Source: Candidatus Obscuribacteraceae bacterium (GTDB lineage Bacteria; Cyanobacteriota; Vampirovibrionia; Obscuribacterales; Obscuribacteraceae). From it: a stretch of 64,000 bases of DNA. The translations under genes and the position numbers were made by a program. The notes under the pieces are model-generated. The model worked only from the letters and a program-made list of their open reading frames with translations. It did not search any database and had not been told where the DNA came from. Location of the stretch: assembly GCA_044226015.1 (NCBI GenBank), contig JBGAHS010000003.1:416001-480000 (forward strand). Direction: 5' to 3'. Shown piece after piece: positions 19,313-29,360 of the stretch (position 1 is the first letter of the stretch; the number at the start of each line of letters is the position of its first letter).

Positions 19313-20748
19313 TGAATGTGAAAACGAAAGTGTCCTTCAAAGCAACTAGTCCCCCAAAAACAGACTGCGCACCAATTCTCGAAGCAAAGACGGCCGATTG
19401 GATGCGCGCCCTGCTTGAAGAAAAGCAGCTGATCAAAAAATGGGTCAGCGAATTCGGCTCACCGCTCCACGTCGTTGTGAAAGACGAATTCTATAAAAAT
19501 GTGGATTGCTTGTTAAAACCACTACAAGAGCGAACCATTGAAGGAAACCTCTTTTTTGCTCGTAAAGCAAACAAGCTAAGCTTCTTTGTGGAAACGGCAA
19601 AGCAAGCTGGCATCGGCGTGGATACAGCCAGCATTACGGAGCTCAAGGAGACAATTCAGCTCGGACTGCATCCGGAGAAAATAATTCTGACAGCAATTGG
19701 CAAAGACGAAACCCTCCTCAGAACCGCCATGGATCATGATTGCCTCATAATTATTGAAAATGAAGATGAGCTCGCTCTGGTAAAACAACTCGCAGCTTCC
19801 CAAAGCAAAGCAATCAAGATCGGATTGCGCTTCGCCGGATTTGAAATAGATGAACGCCTCATTTACAGCCGCTTTGGACTCAACTTTAAAGAACACCGCG
19901 CGATCATAGATGGAATTAGCAATAGCAATCTAAATATCAAATTGCTCCATGCACACATAGATAGGTATGACACCACAGAACGAGCAATGGCAGCTCGACA
20001 GCTTATCATCGCTAGCAGGCACGCCAAAAGCCTGGGGCACGAATGCGACGCTATAGACCTTGGCGGTGGCATTTTGATGCGCTATCTCGAACATGAAGAA
20101 CACTGGATCAACTTTCAGAACGAACTCATAGCGGCAGTAAAAGGCGAGAGAAAACCGTTTACCTTCAAGGGCGACGGACTGGGCTACTTTCTGGCAGCAG
20201 GAAAACTCGCAGGACATGCCGATTTCTACCCTGCCTGGAACTCGCTCTACAAAGAGAATTTCATAGCAGCAATTCTAGATCACAAGCACAAAAACAGCCT
20301 ACTTCACGAAGAGATAAAGGCAGCAAAGTTACGCCTATATTTCGAGCCGGGACGCGCGCTTCTGGATAATTGTGGTATCACATTTGCCAATGTTGCATTT
20401 AGAAAGAAGGACACTCTAAATCAAAAGCTCATCGGACTGAGAATGAATCGTATGAACCTTCGTCCCTTCAGAGCAGAGTTTTGCAGCGACCCAGTCATCC
20501 TTTGCTTCGGCGCAAGGGAAAAGGCGCAAGAAGGCGCCTATCTTGTGGGCTGTTTGTGCTCCGAGAGCGATACGATATTCCGACGGAAATTCTTTTTCGA
20601 CGAAGTGCCCGAACCCGGCGACATCTTCGCGTTTATCAACAGCGCAGGCTACCTTGCCCACCACATGGAAATCGGGACGCACGGTGACGCTGTTCCAACA
20701 AACATTCTGATCGAGCCCGGAAGCTGGATGATTCAAGGACAAGCATAA
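19312..20748 (+). CDS. PLP fold-III decarboxylase (diaminopimelate-decarboxylase-like, Y4yA-type)
   Basis: FFARKANK, DTAS, SRFG, DLGGG, EPGRAL, GCLCSESD and NSAGY motifs; translationally coupled (TAATG). Confidence 0.85.
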   Translation: MNVKTKVSFKATSPPKTDCAPILEAKTADWMRALLEEKQLIKKWVSEFGSPLHVVVKDEFYKNVDCLLKPLQERTIEGNLFFARKANKLSFFVETAKQAGIGVDTASITELKETIQLGLHPEKIILTAIGKDETLLRTAMDHDCLIIIENEDELALVKQLAASQSKAIKIGLRFAGFEIDERLIYSRFGLNFKEHRAIIDGISNSNLNIKLLHAHIDRYDTTERAMAARQLIIASRHAKSLGHECDAIDLGGGILMRYLEHEEHWINFQNELIAAVKGERKPFTFKGDGLGYFLAAGKLAGHADFYPAWNSLYKENFIAAILDHKHKNSLLHEEIKAAKLRLYFEPGRALLDNCGITFANVAFRKKDTLNQKLIGLRMNRMNLRPFRAEFCSDPVILCFGAREKAQEGAYLVGCLCSESDTIFRRKFFFDEVPEPGDIFAFINSAGYLAHHMEIGTHGDAVPTNILIEPGSWMIQGQA

Positions 20749-21479
20749 TGAGCACTGAATCAACACAGACACAGCAGAGCTGCAATAAAGTTGCGCTAGT
20801 AACAGGAGCAGGACAAGGAATAGGACGAGCCCTTACCGAAGCGCTAGCGCAGAGAAATTACATCGTACTTGCCCTTGTTCGCAGCTTGAAGGATCTTGAC
20901 GAGCTGGCTCAAATCCCGATGGTGCAAGCAGTCTGCTCTGATGTCACCGAAGACTCCAGCGAGAGAATATTGCGCGAATTCGCCGAAAGCAAAGTAGACA
21001 AAATCGATTTACTCATCAATAACGCTGGATATGGGGCATCTGCCTATGGCATCGAAGGACTAAAGCTTGAAGAACTAAATCGAGTGCTGGCGGTGCATTG
21101 CCACGGACCGATTCGCTGCATAAAAGCCTGCCTGCCACTACTCAGACGCTCAAACGATGCAGCAATCCTAAACATATCATCACGCTTTGCCTCAATTGAA
21201 TGGGTTGCAAGAAAGATGGTGCCGCCAGAGCAGGCTACCTACGCCTATCGCATTGCCAAAGCAGCGATGAACATGCTCAGCGCCTGCCTTGCCGTCGAGC
21301 TGGAGGGCAGCAATATCCGCGTCTTAGCAATAGACCCAGGCAAAGTGAAGACACGATTCGGACCTGTGGATGCTGACACTGAAGCAGCAGAGGCAGCTTT
21401 ATCAATTCTGCAACTTGCAGAAACAAGAAAAGAAACAGGAAAATTCATACACGCATCAGGAGAAGAATTGCCATGGTAG
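20748..21479 (+). CDS. SDR family oxidoreductase
   Basis: TGAGQGIG, NNAG, YRIAK (YxxxK) and PGKVKT motifs. Confidence 0.92.
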   Translation: MSTESTQTQQSCNKVALVTGAGQGIGRALTEALAQRNYIVLALVRSLKDLDELAQIPMVQAVCSDVTEDSSERILREFAESKVDKIDLLINNAGYGASAYGIEGLKLEELNRVLAVHCHGPIRCIKACLPLLRRSNDAAILNISSRFASIEWVARKMVPPEQATYAYRIAKAAMNMLSACLAVELEGSNIRVLAIDPGKVKTRFGPVDADTEAAEAALSILQLAETRKETGKFIHASGEELPW

Positions 21480-22606
21480 ATCGTCATTGGGCAGTCAAAG
21501 ACAGAAATGAGCCCTTCGTTGTTCCATCATTTGAAACGATAAGCTTTTCAATGCCATCCATGACAAATTGGGAGTCGCTTCTCAAAGGCGAACAAGATGG
21601 CTGGGTTTATCTCAGCGATGGGAATCCGACCCTTGCCGCACTAGAAAATTTGCTTGCTCGCATTCAAGGAACAGAAGCCTGCTGGGTAACCAGCACAGGA
21701 AAATCGGCTATCGCTGCGGCTTTACTGGCGCTGCTTAAAGCAGGCGATCACTTCATTCTTCTTCGAGAAGGCTATAAGTCAACTCGCCTCTTTGCTGAGG
21801 GAATACTCAAGAAGTACGGGGTCGAGCTCAGCCTCATCGAAGTCGACCAACTAAATGAGCTGCAAAGGTTTATCAAGCCGAATACAAAAGCGTTGGTTCT
21901 CGAAGCGCCCACAAATCCTATGACCCGCGTTCCAGACCTATTTGAATGCTGCAAGATTGCCAGAGACGCAGAAGTAATTACATTGCTAGACAACTCACTT
22001 GCTGGATTTCATCAACATGGAAATGTTCCAGTTGACGTAATACTTCACAGCCTTTCAAAATTTGCCTCGGGCGTGGGCGATGTAATGGGAGGCGCAGTTC
22101 TCGGCACGAAGGACATAGTGAAGCAGATCAAAAATGCCAACGTCTGGAATACTGACGCATTGAGCAGCCACTCAGCAGTTGAACTCTGGAAAGGCATGCA
22201 AACATACGATCTCCGCATCCAGCGCCAATCTTCAAACGCACTGGCAATAGCCAGGTTTCTTGAGAAACACCCCAATGTAGAAAGAGTACTCTACCCCGGA
22301 CTTGAAAGCCATCCAGACCACGGAATCGCAAAGAGGCAAATGAAAGACTTTGGCTCTGTGCTAGCGTTTGACACTAAGACACCAGAAAAAATGAGAGAAG
22401 CATTGGATAAAATGTCCGTCTTCCGCATCGCATTTGGAACCGGCTTCACCCAATCAATAGCAAACCCCGCCTGGCTATTTTATGCGCGGTCCTTCCCCGA
22501 ACCTCAAACCGGACCATCAGCGATTACAGACTGCACCATCAGACTATCTGTAGGAATAGAGGAACCCTCTCTGCTGATTTCGGATCTCGAAGCTGCGCTG
22601 GCATAG
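21473..22606 (+). CDS. Cystathionine gamma-synthase/lyase family PLP enzyme
   Basis: GNPT, EAPTNP, DNS, HSLSKF, YPGL.SHP and RLSVGIE motifs. Confidence 0.9.
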   Translation: MVDRHWAVKDRNEPFVVPSFETISFSMPSMTNWESLLKGEQDGWVYLSDGNPTLAALENLLARIQGTEACWVTSTGKSAIAAALLALLKAGDHFILLREGYKSTRLFAEGILKKYGVELSLIEVDQLNELQRFIKPNTKALVLEAPTNPMTRVPDLFECCKIARDAEVITLLDNSLAGFHQHGNVPVDVILHSLSKFASGVGDVMGGAVLGTKDIVKQIKNANVWNTDALSSHSAVELWKGMQTYDLRIQRQSSNALAIARFLEKHPNVERVLYPGLESHPDHGIAKRQMKDFGSVLAFDTKTPEKMREALDKMSVFRIAFGTGFTQSIANPAWLFYARSFPEPQTGPSAITDCTIRLSVGIEEPSLLISDLEAALA

Positions 22607-22625
22607 CGACTAATGGTAAGCAAAA

Positions 22626-23852
22626 ATGACTGAGCACCTTTCCGGCAACGATATCGACTCAGAAATTATCATCCTCGGCGCAGGAATAGCAGGCATCACT
22701 TGTGGTATCACCATGCAATGCCTGGGTTTTAGAACTGCAATTGTGTCCGAGAAGTTCCCCCTTTTGGAAGAACACGATAATTCTGACAAAGAGATTGCTA
22801 CGATCTATGCAATGGCATCGGCATATCCTCACTTCCTCAAGATTGAGAATCTGGAAAGAGTCAGCGACGATTCACAAGCCATTCTCTGCGAATTATTCAC
22901 TACAAAAGACTCAGGCATAGAGAAGCAGCGGATTTTCGAAGTCTTTGAATTTGAGCCGCCCTCCAACGCGGCAGCACTGTCTGATCGTCGAATGCGCTTC
23001 ATGAGTTTCGACGGCAAATCAGAACAGCTAAAAAAAACAATCGATCCGCCCGCACGAGGACAGGCGAACCAACTCTGGGGCTGGAGCTTCGAATCATATT
23101 TTGCAGACATGCCAGCATACGTTCGATATCTATGGGCATTCTACCGGGAGTTGGGTGGCAAGAGCATTCGCGCAAAAGTTCACACCCTGAAAGAGCTTGA
23201 ATCGCTGAGCAACCGCATCTTCATCAACTGCTGCGGACTTGGCGCCATAGCGTTGTGCACTGATGAATCGGAAGCTATAGTTCTGCGCGGAAAGCAAGTT
23301 TTGATTAACGAGCCAGGAATCTTCGACAAAGACGGCTTGCGCCTGGCTTACAACTACACACCTACTGCCGACGTTTTTTCTCGAGCCGATGGCACCCCAG
23401 AATATGTACATTTCTTCTCTCGCTCAAACGAGTGGCTGCTCGGGCAAACAAGAGAACGAGGAAAGCTGATAGATGGCAGATGGCAGGGCATGATTTCCGG
23501 CAAAAGCGAACTGACAGTTGATGGCGTAATGATTCCACAGGAAATACTGCAGCTAAACGAGGACATCTTGAACAATTGGAAGCAAAGAACATTTTCAAAA
23601 ATCGGAATGAAAGCGCGTGAAGCTTATCGATATTACAGAGACCCAGAAAACAGTGGAGTCCGATTAGAGAAGGAGGATCTTGGAGCTAACAGAATCTTTC
23701 ACAATTATGGGCTCGCAGGCTCAGGTGTAACCATGTCCTGGGGGTGCGCTATAGAATGCGCTCACATGGCGCTTGATTCAAGCAATCCTGGACAAATCAA
23801 TAATCAGAGCAGCTTAGCTAACAAAATTCGATCTCGAATCGCTGCTAGCTAG
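22626..23852 (+). CDS. FAD-dependent D-amino-acid oxidase family protein
   Basis: GAGIAG, INCCGLGA, RG.Q and HNYGLAGSGVTMSWG motifs. Confidence 0.88.
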   Translation: MTEHLSGNDIDSEIIILGAGIAGITCGITMQCLGFRTAIVSEKFPLLEEHDNSDKEIATIYAMASAYPHFLKIENLERVSDDSQAILCELFTTKDSGIEKQRIFEVFEFEPPSNAAALSDRRMRFMSFDGKSEQLKKTIDPPARGQANQLWGWSFESYFADMPAYVRYLWAFYRELGGKSIRAKVHTLKELESLSNRIFINCCGLGAIALCTDESEAIVLRGKQVLINEPGIFDKDGLRLAYNYTPTADVFSRADGTPEYVHFFSRSNEWLLGQTRERGKLIDGRWQGMISGKSELTVDGVMIPQEILQLNEDILNNWKQRTFSKIGMKAREAYRYYRDPENSGVRLEKEDLGANRIFHNYGLAGSGVTMSWGCAIECAHMALDSSNPGQINNQSSLANKIRSRIAAS

Positions 23853-25143
23853 CCCCAGATTCGTCATGAGCAGCCAGCACCGATGCTCTAAACTTGCAAG
23901 CTAGCGGAATCAGCATCAGCGAGATGGACGGCGCCAGACTTGCTAAAACCACCAGACTTTTGTAGTCCTCATGAACTACGTTTTGGAAAAGCTGACCGCC
24001 AACAAAAGTGGCTGATGATGTGGCGATGTTTCTCACCGCAACCAGCCAGGCCATCACTGACACTTCAATGCGACGCGGACAAACGTCAGCTGCAAAACCG
24101 TAAAGAGAAAGTATCGCTGTAAGGTTGGCAAAACCATGAAAGAACTCCAGAAAAGAAGCAGACGCCGGCGTGGAAATCATGCGAAAAGAGATTGTACTCA
24201 CAATCACTAGCACTGTAGTTGCAATCAATTGTCCTTTCAAACTCAAGAAGCGAAGAAGAAGCGGATACGCAAAAGACGCCAATAACATTCCGGCGGAGTT
24301 CCAGGCGGCCAACTGCCCTATTGCACTCTGCGAAAAGCCTAATGTTTTGCTCTCGTAAAAATAAAGCGGCACACCGAATGATGGCAAAAAGCTCCACAGA
24401 AACGAGAATATGACCACAAGCCATAGTGCAGGCGAGCGAAGCCCATCCTTCAACGAACGCATGGTATCGCCCATGGCGGCACGATTCAAAAAGGACCTTT
24501 CCTCAAAAACCAATTTAAAAGTAAGAAAAGAAATTAGCAAGAGAGGTGCAACCGCAAGCAGAGCAGCAATGTGAAGCGCCCCCAATGGCGTCAAATTTTG
24601 ACAAAGGATACCTCCAAAAATGACCGCCGCGATATTAGCACTGTAGTATGCAATTTCCTGAATTATGAACAGAGTTCTGGCATTTGTACCTGCTCGTCCC
24701 TCTTCCACTGCCAACCCAACCATTAAAACAGTAGCCACAGCCATACTCAGAGCAGTTAGCATCAAACACACAAGAATTAGGCTTAGCGAATTTGCGCAAA
24801 ACATCACAAGAAATGCCAAAGCAGCAAAAGCATTTGCAAAGATAAGATAGCTCTTGCGACGATATCCAAATAAAGGAACGAAGTCAGAAAGCAGCCCATA
24901 GAAGGGCTTAAGCATCCACGGCAACATTAGCAATGACATATTGGCTGATATTTGCGCCGCATCAAAGCCCAGTCCGCGCATCATGAAAAACTGTATGGGC
25001 TGGGCAATTACACCAAACTGAGCGCAAGAGATTCCCTGAGAAAGATAGGCCAACAGGAAATAGATTCCAATCTTGTTTAACGTATCGCGGGAATCAGGAG
25101 ATTCCGAATTTCGCGAATGAGTGTCGCCTTTAATCATAGTCAC
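23845..25143 (-). CDS. BT1 (folate-biopterin transporter) family MFS protein
   Basis: PWMLKPFYGLLSDFVPLFGYRRKSY signature, about 12 TMs; convergent with the operon. Confidence 0.85.
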   Translation of the reverse strand: MTMIKGDTHSRNSESPDSRDTLNKIGIYFLLAYLSQGISCAQFGVIAQPIQFFMMRGLGFDAAQISANMSLLMLPWMLKPFYGLLSDFVPLFGYRRKSYLIFANAFAALAFLVMFCANSLSLILVCLMLTALSMAVATVLMVGLAVEEGRAGTNARTLFIIQEIAYYSANIAAVIFGGILCQNLTPLGALHIAALLAVAPLLLISFLTFKLVFEERSFLNRAAMGDTMRSLKDGLRSPALWLVVIFSFLWSFLPSFGVPLYFYESKTLGFSQSAIGQLAAWNSAGMLLASFAYPLLLRFLSLKGQLIATTVLVIVSTISFRMISTPASASFLEFFHGFANLTAILSLYGFAADVCPRRIEVSVMAWLVAVRNIATSSATFVGGQLFQNVVHEDYKSLVVLASLAPSISLMLIPLACKFRASVLAAHDESGAS

Positions 25144-25644
25144 AGCCAGCGGTTCAAGCTTTGAGAGTTAGCGCTACCACGATACTAGATAAGGCGATTA
25201 AACCGCTGCTGATGCTAGCTAACTCAACAGAAAAACCTGGCTAAATCTAGCTAATTTGCGTTTTTTGGGATTCGCACTTATGCGGAAAGACTTCACTAGC
25301 AAGCCTTTCCAAGCGAAGACAAATCTTTCGCCAGGCAACTCCGACTAGCCTTATTCGAACGAAAACAATTAGAGTAATCACGTCAGTTATTTCTCCCCCC
25401 TCCTCGCAACCGCTACCAGAACAAGCATTCCAGCCACAAACATCAAACAGCCCTGCCTATCAGCCGGTAACCGAATGATACTTCATGCGGTGTCAAAAAA
25501 AATGCGACCCTGGGTCCGGGATGCGGAGAGCTAGCGCGAGCATTCGCATAGCTGACAAAAGCTTTCAAACAATCTCAACAATCGAAGAGTAGATGTGTCG
25601 CAGATTTTGACACATCCAGCTCGCAATGAAAGAACGGAGAAACT

Positions 25645-26607
25645 ATGAGCGAACGAAACGTTCTCATCATCGGCTCGGGCGTCAGCGGACTCAGCGTGGC
25701 ACACAAACTGCTTCTTGCTGGGCATCGAGTGCAGATCTGGACCAAAGACGCAGCTGACAGCTCACCAACCACTTCCGCTTCGGCCTACGGCATGTGGGTT
25801 CCAGTGAAGATCGACGCCGACCCCAGAGTCGAACGTTGGGCGCAGGAAACCTACGCCGAGCTGGTCGGACTGGCAGCAAGGGGGAAGGCGGGCGTTACGC
25901 TGCGTAAGATCTACCAGCTCAAGGGTGAGCACAGTGAGCCCTGGTATGCGTCCAGCGTTCCCGGTGTCCGCCATGCCACCTCCGGCGAAATCAGCGCTGA
26001 CTACGCTGACGCTCATGTCATCGAGGCTGCTCCCATCGTTGACCCCGAGACCTACCTGAGCTACCTGCGCGGCGAAATTCGTCTGCTCGGCGGCAGCATC
26101 GTGACTCGCACCGTGACTGACCTGTCTGAGTGCGCCGACTTCGATGCCGTCGTCAACTGTAGCGGTCTCGGTGCAAGGCGGCTCTGCAACGACAGCTCGC
26201 TCTTCCCCGAGCGAGTGCAGGTCGTTCGCATCAAGCCCAACGGCTTCCAGCATGTCGTCGTGGACGACGAAGGTCCGCACAAGCGCGCCTGCATCGTGCC
26301 ACACAGCGACTACATTCAGCTCGGCGCCGTCTTCGACACGGGCAGCGAGTCGCTTGATGTCGACGCGACACTGACGGCTGACATCATCTCACGCTGCAAG
26401 CGCATGGTCCCCGGGTTCAAGGTCGACCCTGAGGACATCATCAGCGTCCACCGCGCCCTTCGCCCGGAACGCCCGCTCACCCGGGTGGAACTGGAACGCA
26501 AGGACGAAGGTCCCCACATCATCCACAACTACGGTCATGATGGCATGGGCTACCTGCTGTCCTGTGGCATTGCCAACGAAATCGCTGGCTACGTGGGCGC
26601 GCTCTAA
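25645..26607 (+). CDS. D-amino-acid oxidase family FAD protein
   Basis: GSGVSG, VNCSGLGA, LRP.R and HNYGHDG motifs; GGAG RBS. Confidence 0.9.
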   Translation: MSERNVLIIGSGVSGLSVAHKLLLAGHRVQIWTKDAADSSPTTSASAYGMWVPVKIDADPRVERWAQETYAELVGLAARGKAGVTLRKIYQLKGEHSEPWYASSVPGVRHATSGEISADYADAHVIEAAPIVDPETYLSYLRGEIRLLGGSIVTRTVTDLSECADFDAVVNCSGLGARRLCNDSSLFPERVQVVRIKPNGFQHVVVDDEGPHKRACIVPHSDYIQLGAVFDTGSESLDVDATLTADIISRCKRMVPGFKVDPEDIISVHRALRPERPLTRVELERKDEGPHIIHNYGHDGMGYLLSCGIANEIAGYVGAL

Positions 26608-26757
26608 ACGGCAAGTTGCGGACGAGAGCAAGTGCTCTCGTCCGTCTTAGCTGTTGTTTCTAGCGAGCTATCGCTTTTACTTCGGCTGAGAAGCCGTTTT
26701 CACAGCGTCCTGCGGCAAAAACGTGGGACCTTTTCGAACCTCATGAGGTATTTCATC

Positions 26758-28368
26758 ATGGACATCTCGATTAGCGACCTGGTTTTACCAGTCAACCCAA
26801 CATTCTGCGTGCTTGCAGGCATCAGCGGACTGGCACTGGCATGGGTCATTGCTCGCCTTCGTGCGGGTAAGTGCCCCTTCCACTTCTCCAGCATCCAACA
26901 AACTGAGCCTCTAAACATGCAGAACCGCGCCACCACCAACGGTGCCGCACCTCCAATGGACAAACCACTGCGTGCTTCCGACCCGACCCACCGAGAGTTC
27001 CTTGCTGACCTGCAAGGCAACATTCTCAGCGGGCACGGGCGAGACCACGCCGCACACATCTTCGTCCAGTTCAAACCTGACGAAGCTGCAGCAGCGAAAA
27101 AATGGCTGGCAGCCTTTGCCCGCACGCACATCGTCTCGGCTGAGCAACAATTGCACGGCTCTCGACAGTTCCGCCTGCACGGCATCGATGCCGGACTTTT
27201 CGCTCACCTGGCTATCTCAGCGTCCGGCTACAAAGCCCTCGGTTTCAGCACACAAGAGACCCCTCAAGGGCTGAACCCGCGCAATCACGACGACAGCAAG
27301 GGCTACGACGAAGTCTATTGCAAAGGGCTAAAAGCACGGCAAGAAATCCTCAACGACCCAGCTCTGTCAGACTGGGAAGAAGCCTACAAAAACGACCTGC
27401 ACATGCTTGTGATGCTGGCAGCGGATGACGACGCACAACTCGATGACGCAACACAAAGTGTCTTGGGCTCGCTCAAGGCGATCAGCTCGAAACTGCACGT
27501 AGAACGCGGGCTCGGACTGACAAAACAGCTAAACCCGAGCGACCCGACAACTACAGCGCATGTGGAACACTTCGGCTATGTCGACGGTCGAAGCCAGCCT
27601 CTCATGCTCGAAGAACAAATCGAGCTTGAGCGCAAAAGGGGCAGTAAAAAATGGGACGCTTCAGCGCCACTAAATCTGGTGCTAGCACCAGATCCAAACG
27701 GCAAAAGCGGGCTGAGCTACGGCAGCTTCCTTGTATTCAGAAAACTTGAGCAGAACGTTCGCGGCTTCCACAAAGCCGTGAACGAACTTGCTGCAAAGCT
27801 AGGCGTCAGCCCCGAACTGGCTCAAGCCATGGTTATGGGTCGCTTCAAGGACGGAACGCCAGTCTCGCATCGCGACAACGGTGGGACTTCTGACGTTAGC
27901 AACGACTTCGACTTCAGCGATGATACGGACGGTTCACGCTGCCCGTTCCAAGCGCACATCCGCAAGTCAAATCCGCGCCTTTCGTCCACGGGCAAATCCG
28001 AACTTCGACATCGCATCGCTCGACGCGGTATTCCCTACGGTGGCACGCTCATTGAAAGCGAACGACTGGAAGACCTGCCCGAAAACGGCAGAGGACTTCT
28101 TTTCATGTGCTACCAGGCGGATATCTTCGAGCAGTTTGAGTTCATCCAGCGAACCTGGTCGAACTTCTCAAATTTCCCCCGGGCAAATACTGGTCTAGAC
28201 CCAGTCATCGGCCAGGACAACGCCTACGCACCCGCGAAAGCACAAAACTGGCCGACACAGTGGGGGAAAGAGGAACGCTGCCCGATTAGCTTTGCCGGAC
28301 ACGTCCGCATGAAAGGTGGTGAGTACTTCTTCTCACCCAGCCTGAGCTTCCTCAAAAGCCTGGGCTAA
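26758..28368 (+). CDS. Dye-decolorizing (DyP-type) heme peroxidase with N-terminal TM segment
   Basis: LQGNILSGH, GYVDGRSQP (GxxDG), HIRKSNPR, RRGIPYG, GLLF and GGEYFF motifs; GAGGT RBS. Confidence 0.92.
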   Translation: MDISISDLVLPVNPTFCVLAGISGLALAWVIARLRAGKCPFHFSSIQQTEPLNMQNRATTNGAAPPMDKPLRASDPTHREFLADLQGNILSGHGRDHAAHIFVQFKPDEAAAAKKWLAAFARTHIVSAEQQLHGSRQFRLHGIDAGLFAHLAISASGYKALGFSTQETPQGLNPRNHDDSKGYDEVYCKGLKARQEILNDPALSDWEEAYKNDLHMLVMLAADDDAQLDDATQSVLGSLKAISSKLHVERGLGLTKQLNPSDPTTTAHVEHFGYVDGRSQPLMLEEQIELERKRGSKKWDASAPLNLVLAPDPNGKSGLSYGSFLVFRKLEQNVRGFHKAVNELAAKLGVSPELAQAMVMGRFKDGTPVSHRDNGGTSDVSNDFDFSDDTDGSRCPFQAHIRKSNPRLSSTGKSELRHRIARRGIPYGGTLIESERLEDLPENGRGLLFMCYQADIFEQFEFIQRTWSNFSNFPRANTGLDPVIGQDNAYAPAKAQNWPTQWGKEERCPISFAGHVRMKGGEYFFSPSLSFLKSLG

Positions 28369-28432
28369 GAGCCGGGAGCTCTGCGCGGCAGAGCTCCCTT
28401 ATTTTTCAACTCTAGCGATCCAGGAGGATCCT

Positions 28433-29149
28433 ATGACTTACGCACTCCTGTCACAGCTTGTGACGAATGTGACGGCAGAGTTGGACACAATCAAGAAAAG
28501 CAGGAAGGCACTGGAAATTGCCGTCATGCGAGTCCAACCGCTTCTCAATAAGTACATCACCGAAGGTCACACCAAGTCTGACACTGAATTCAAGGTCTGC
28601 ACCCTCGGTCCTAGCTGCTGCAAGCGCGGCGGCATCGAGCTTCTGGCAGACATGAAGAAGATGGCAGAAGAGCAGCCCGAAGCTCGAGTAGTCGAGTCGG
28701 AATGCCTGCGTCGCTGCGGACGCGGTCCCAACGTCGAAGTCGGCGGCATCGTCTACACCCAGATGAATGCCGAGCGCGCCCGCGAACTCTTCGAGTCGCA
28801 ACTGAAGAAGCAAGCACTCAACGTCGACCTGCTGGTCAACGACGAGTTCGCTGCCGAGTCAGTAAACTGCGAGGAGAAGCGCTGCCGACTCGACCTCGAA
28901 ATCGGCAAAGCCAAGTCTACCCTGGCATCGCTTGGAGCCCAGATTCAGGCACTCGACGCCAACCTTTCGCATGAACCGCAACAGAAGGTGCTCGACCAGG
29001 TTTTGCTCATTCTGGCGATGAAATCGCATAGCGCGCTTCGTCCAGAAATCGAGGAAGCCGAACAGCTTCTGAAGCAGGTTCTGCCTCTCAACGCCTTCGT
29101 CGAGCGCATCTACGCACTCGAAAAGAATGAATGGGAGAAAAGACGCTGA
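28433..29149 (+). CDS. Thioredoxin-like [2Fe-2S] ferredoxin domain protein with coiled-coil flanks
   Basis: VC..PSCC..GG...CLRRCGRGPNV motif; AGGAGG RBS. Confidence 0.75.
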   Translation: MTYALLSQLVTNVTAELDTIKKSRKALEIAVMRVQPLLNKYITEGHTKSDTEFKVCTLGPSCCKRGGIELLADMKKMAEEQPEARVVESECLRRCGRGPNVEVGGIVYTQMNAERARELFESQLKKQALNVDLLVNDEFAAESVNCEEKRCRLDLEIGKAKSTLASLGAQIQALDANLSHEPQQKVLDQVLLILAMKSHSALRPEIEEAEQLLKQVLPLNAFVERIYALEKNEWEKRR

Positions 29150-29160
29150 GAAGAAGAAGG

Positions 29161-29206
29161 AGGAGGGGAGAATGAGCTTGTGCTCTATCTCCCCTCCTCT
29201 AATTTT
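29161..29206 (+). terminator. Probable terminator
   Basis: Stem AGGAGGGGAGA/TCTCCCCTCCT followed by an AT run. Confidence 0.6.
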
Positions 29207-29360
29207 CAGGACAGCTACTACCGCCCCTCGTAGTAAATACCACAGGACGCAAGACTCTTGTCGGACTCAGACAGATACCACAATCCACCGAAAAGACAAA
29301 AGAAACTACACAGACTGTTTGCATGAGATATGATCTTCTCCTCGACCCAGAGGAGTCATC

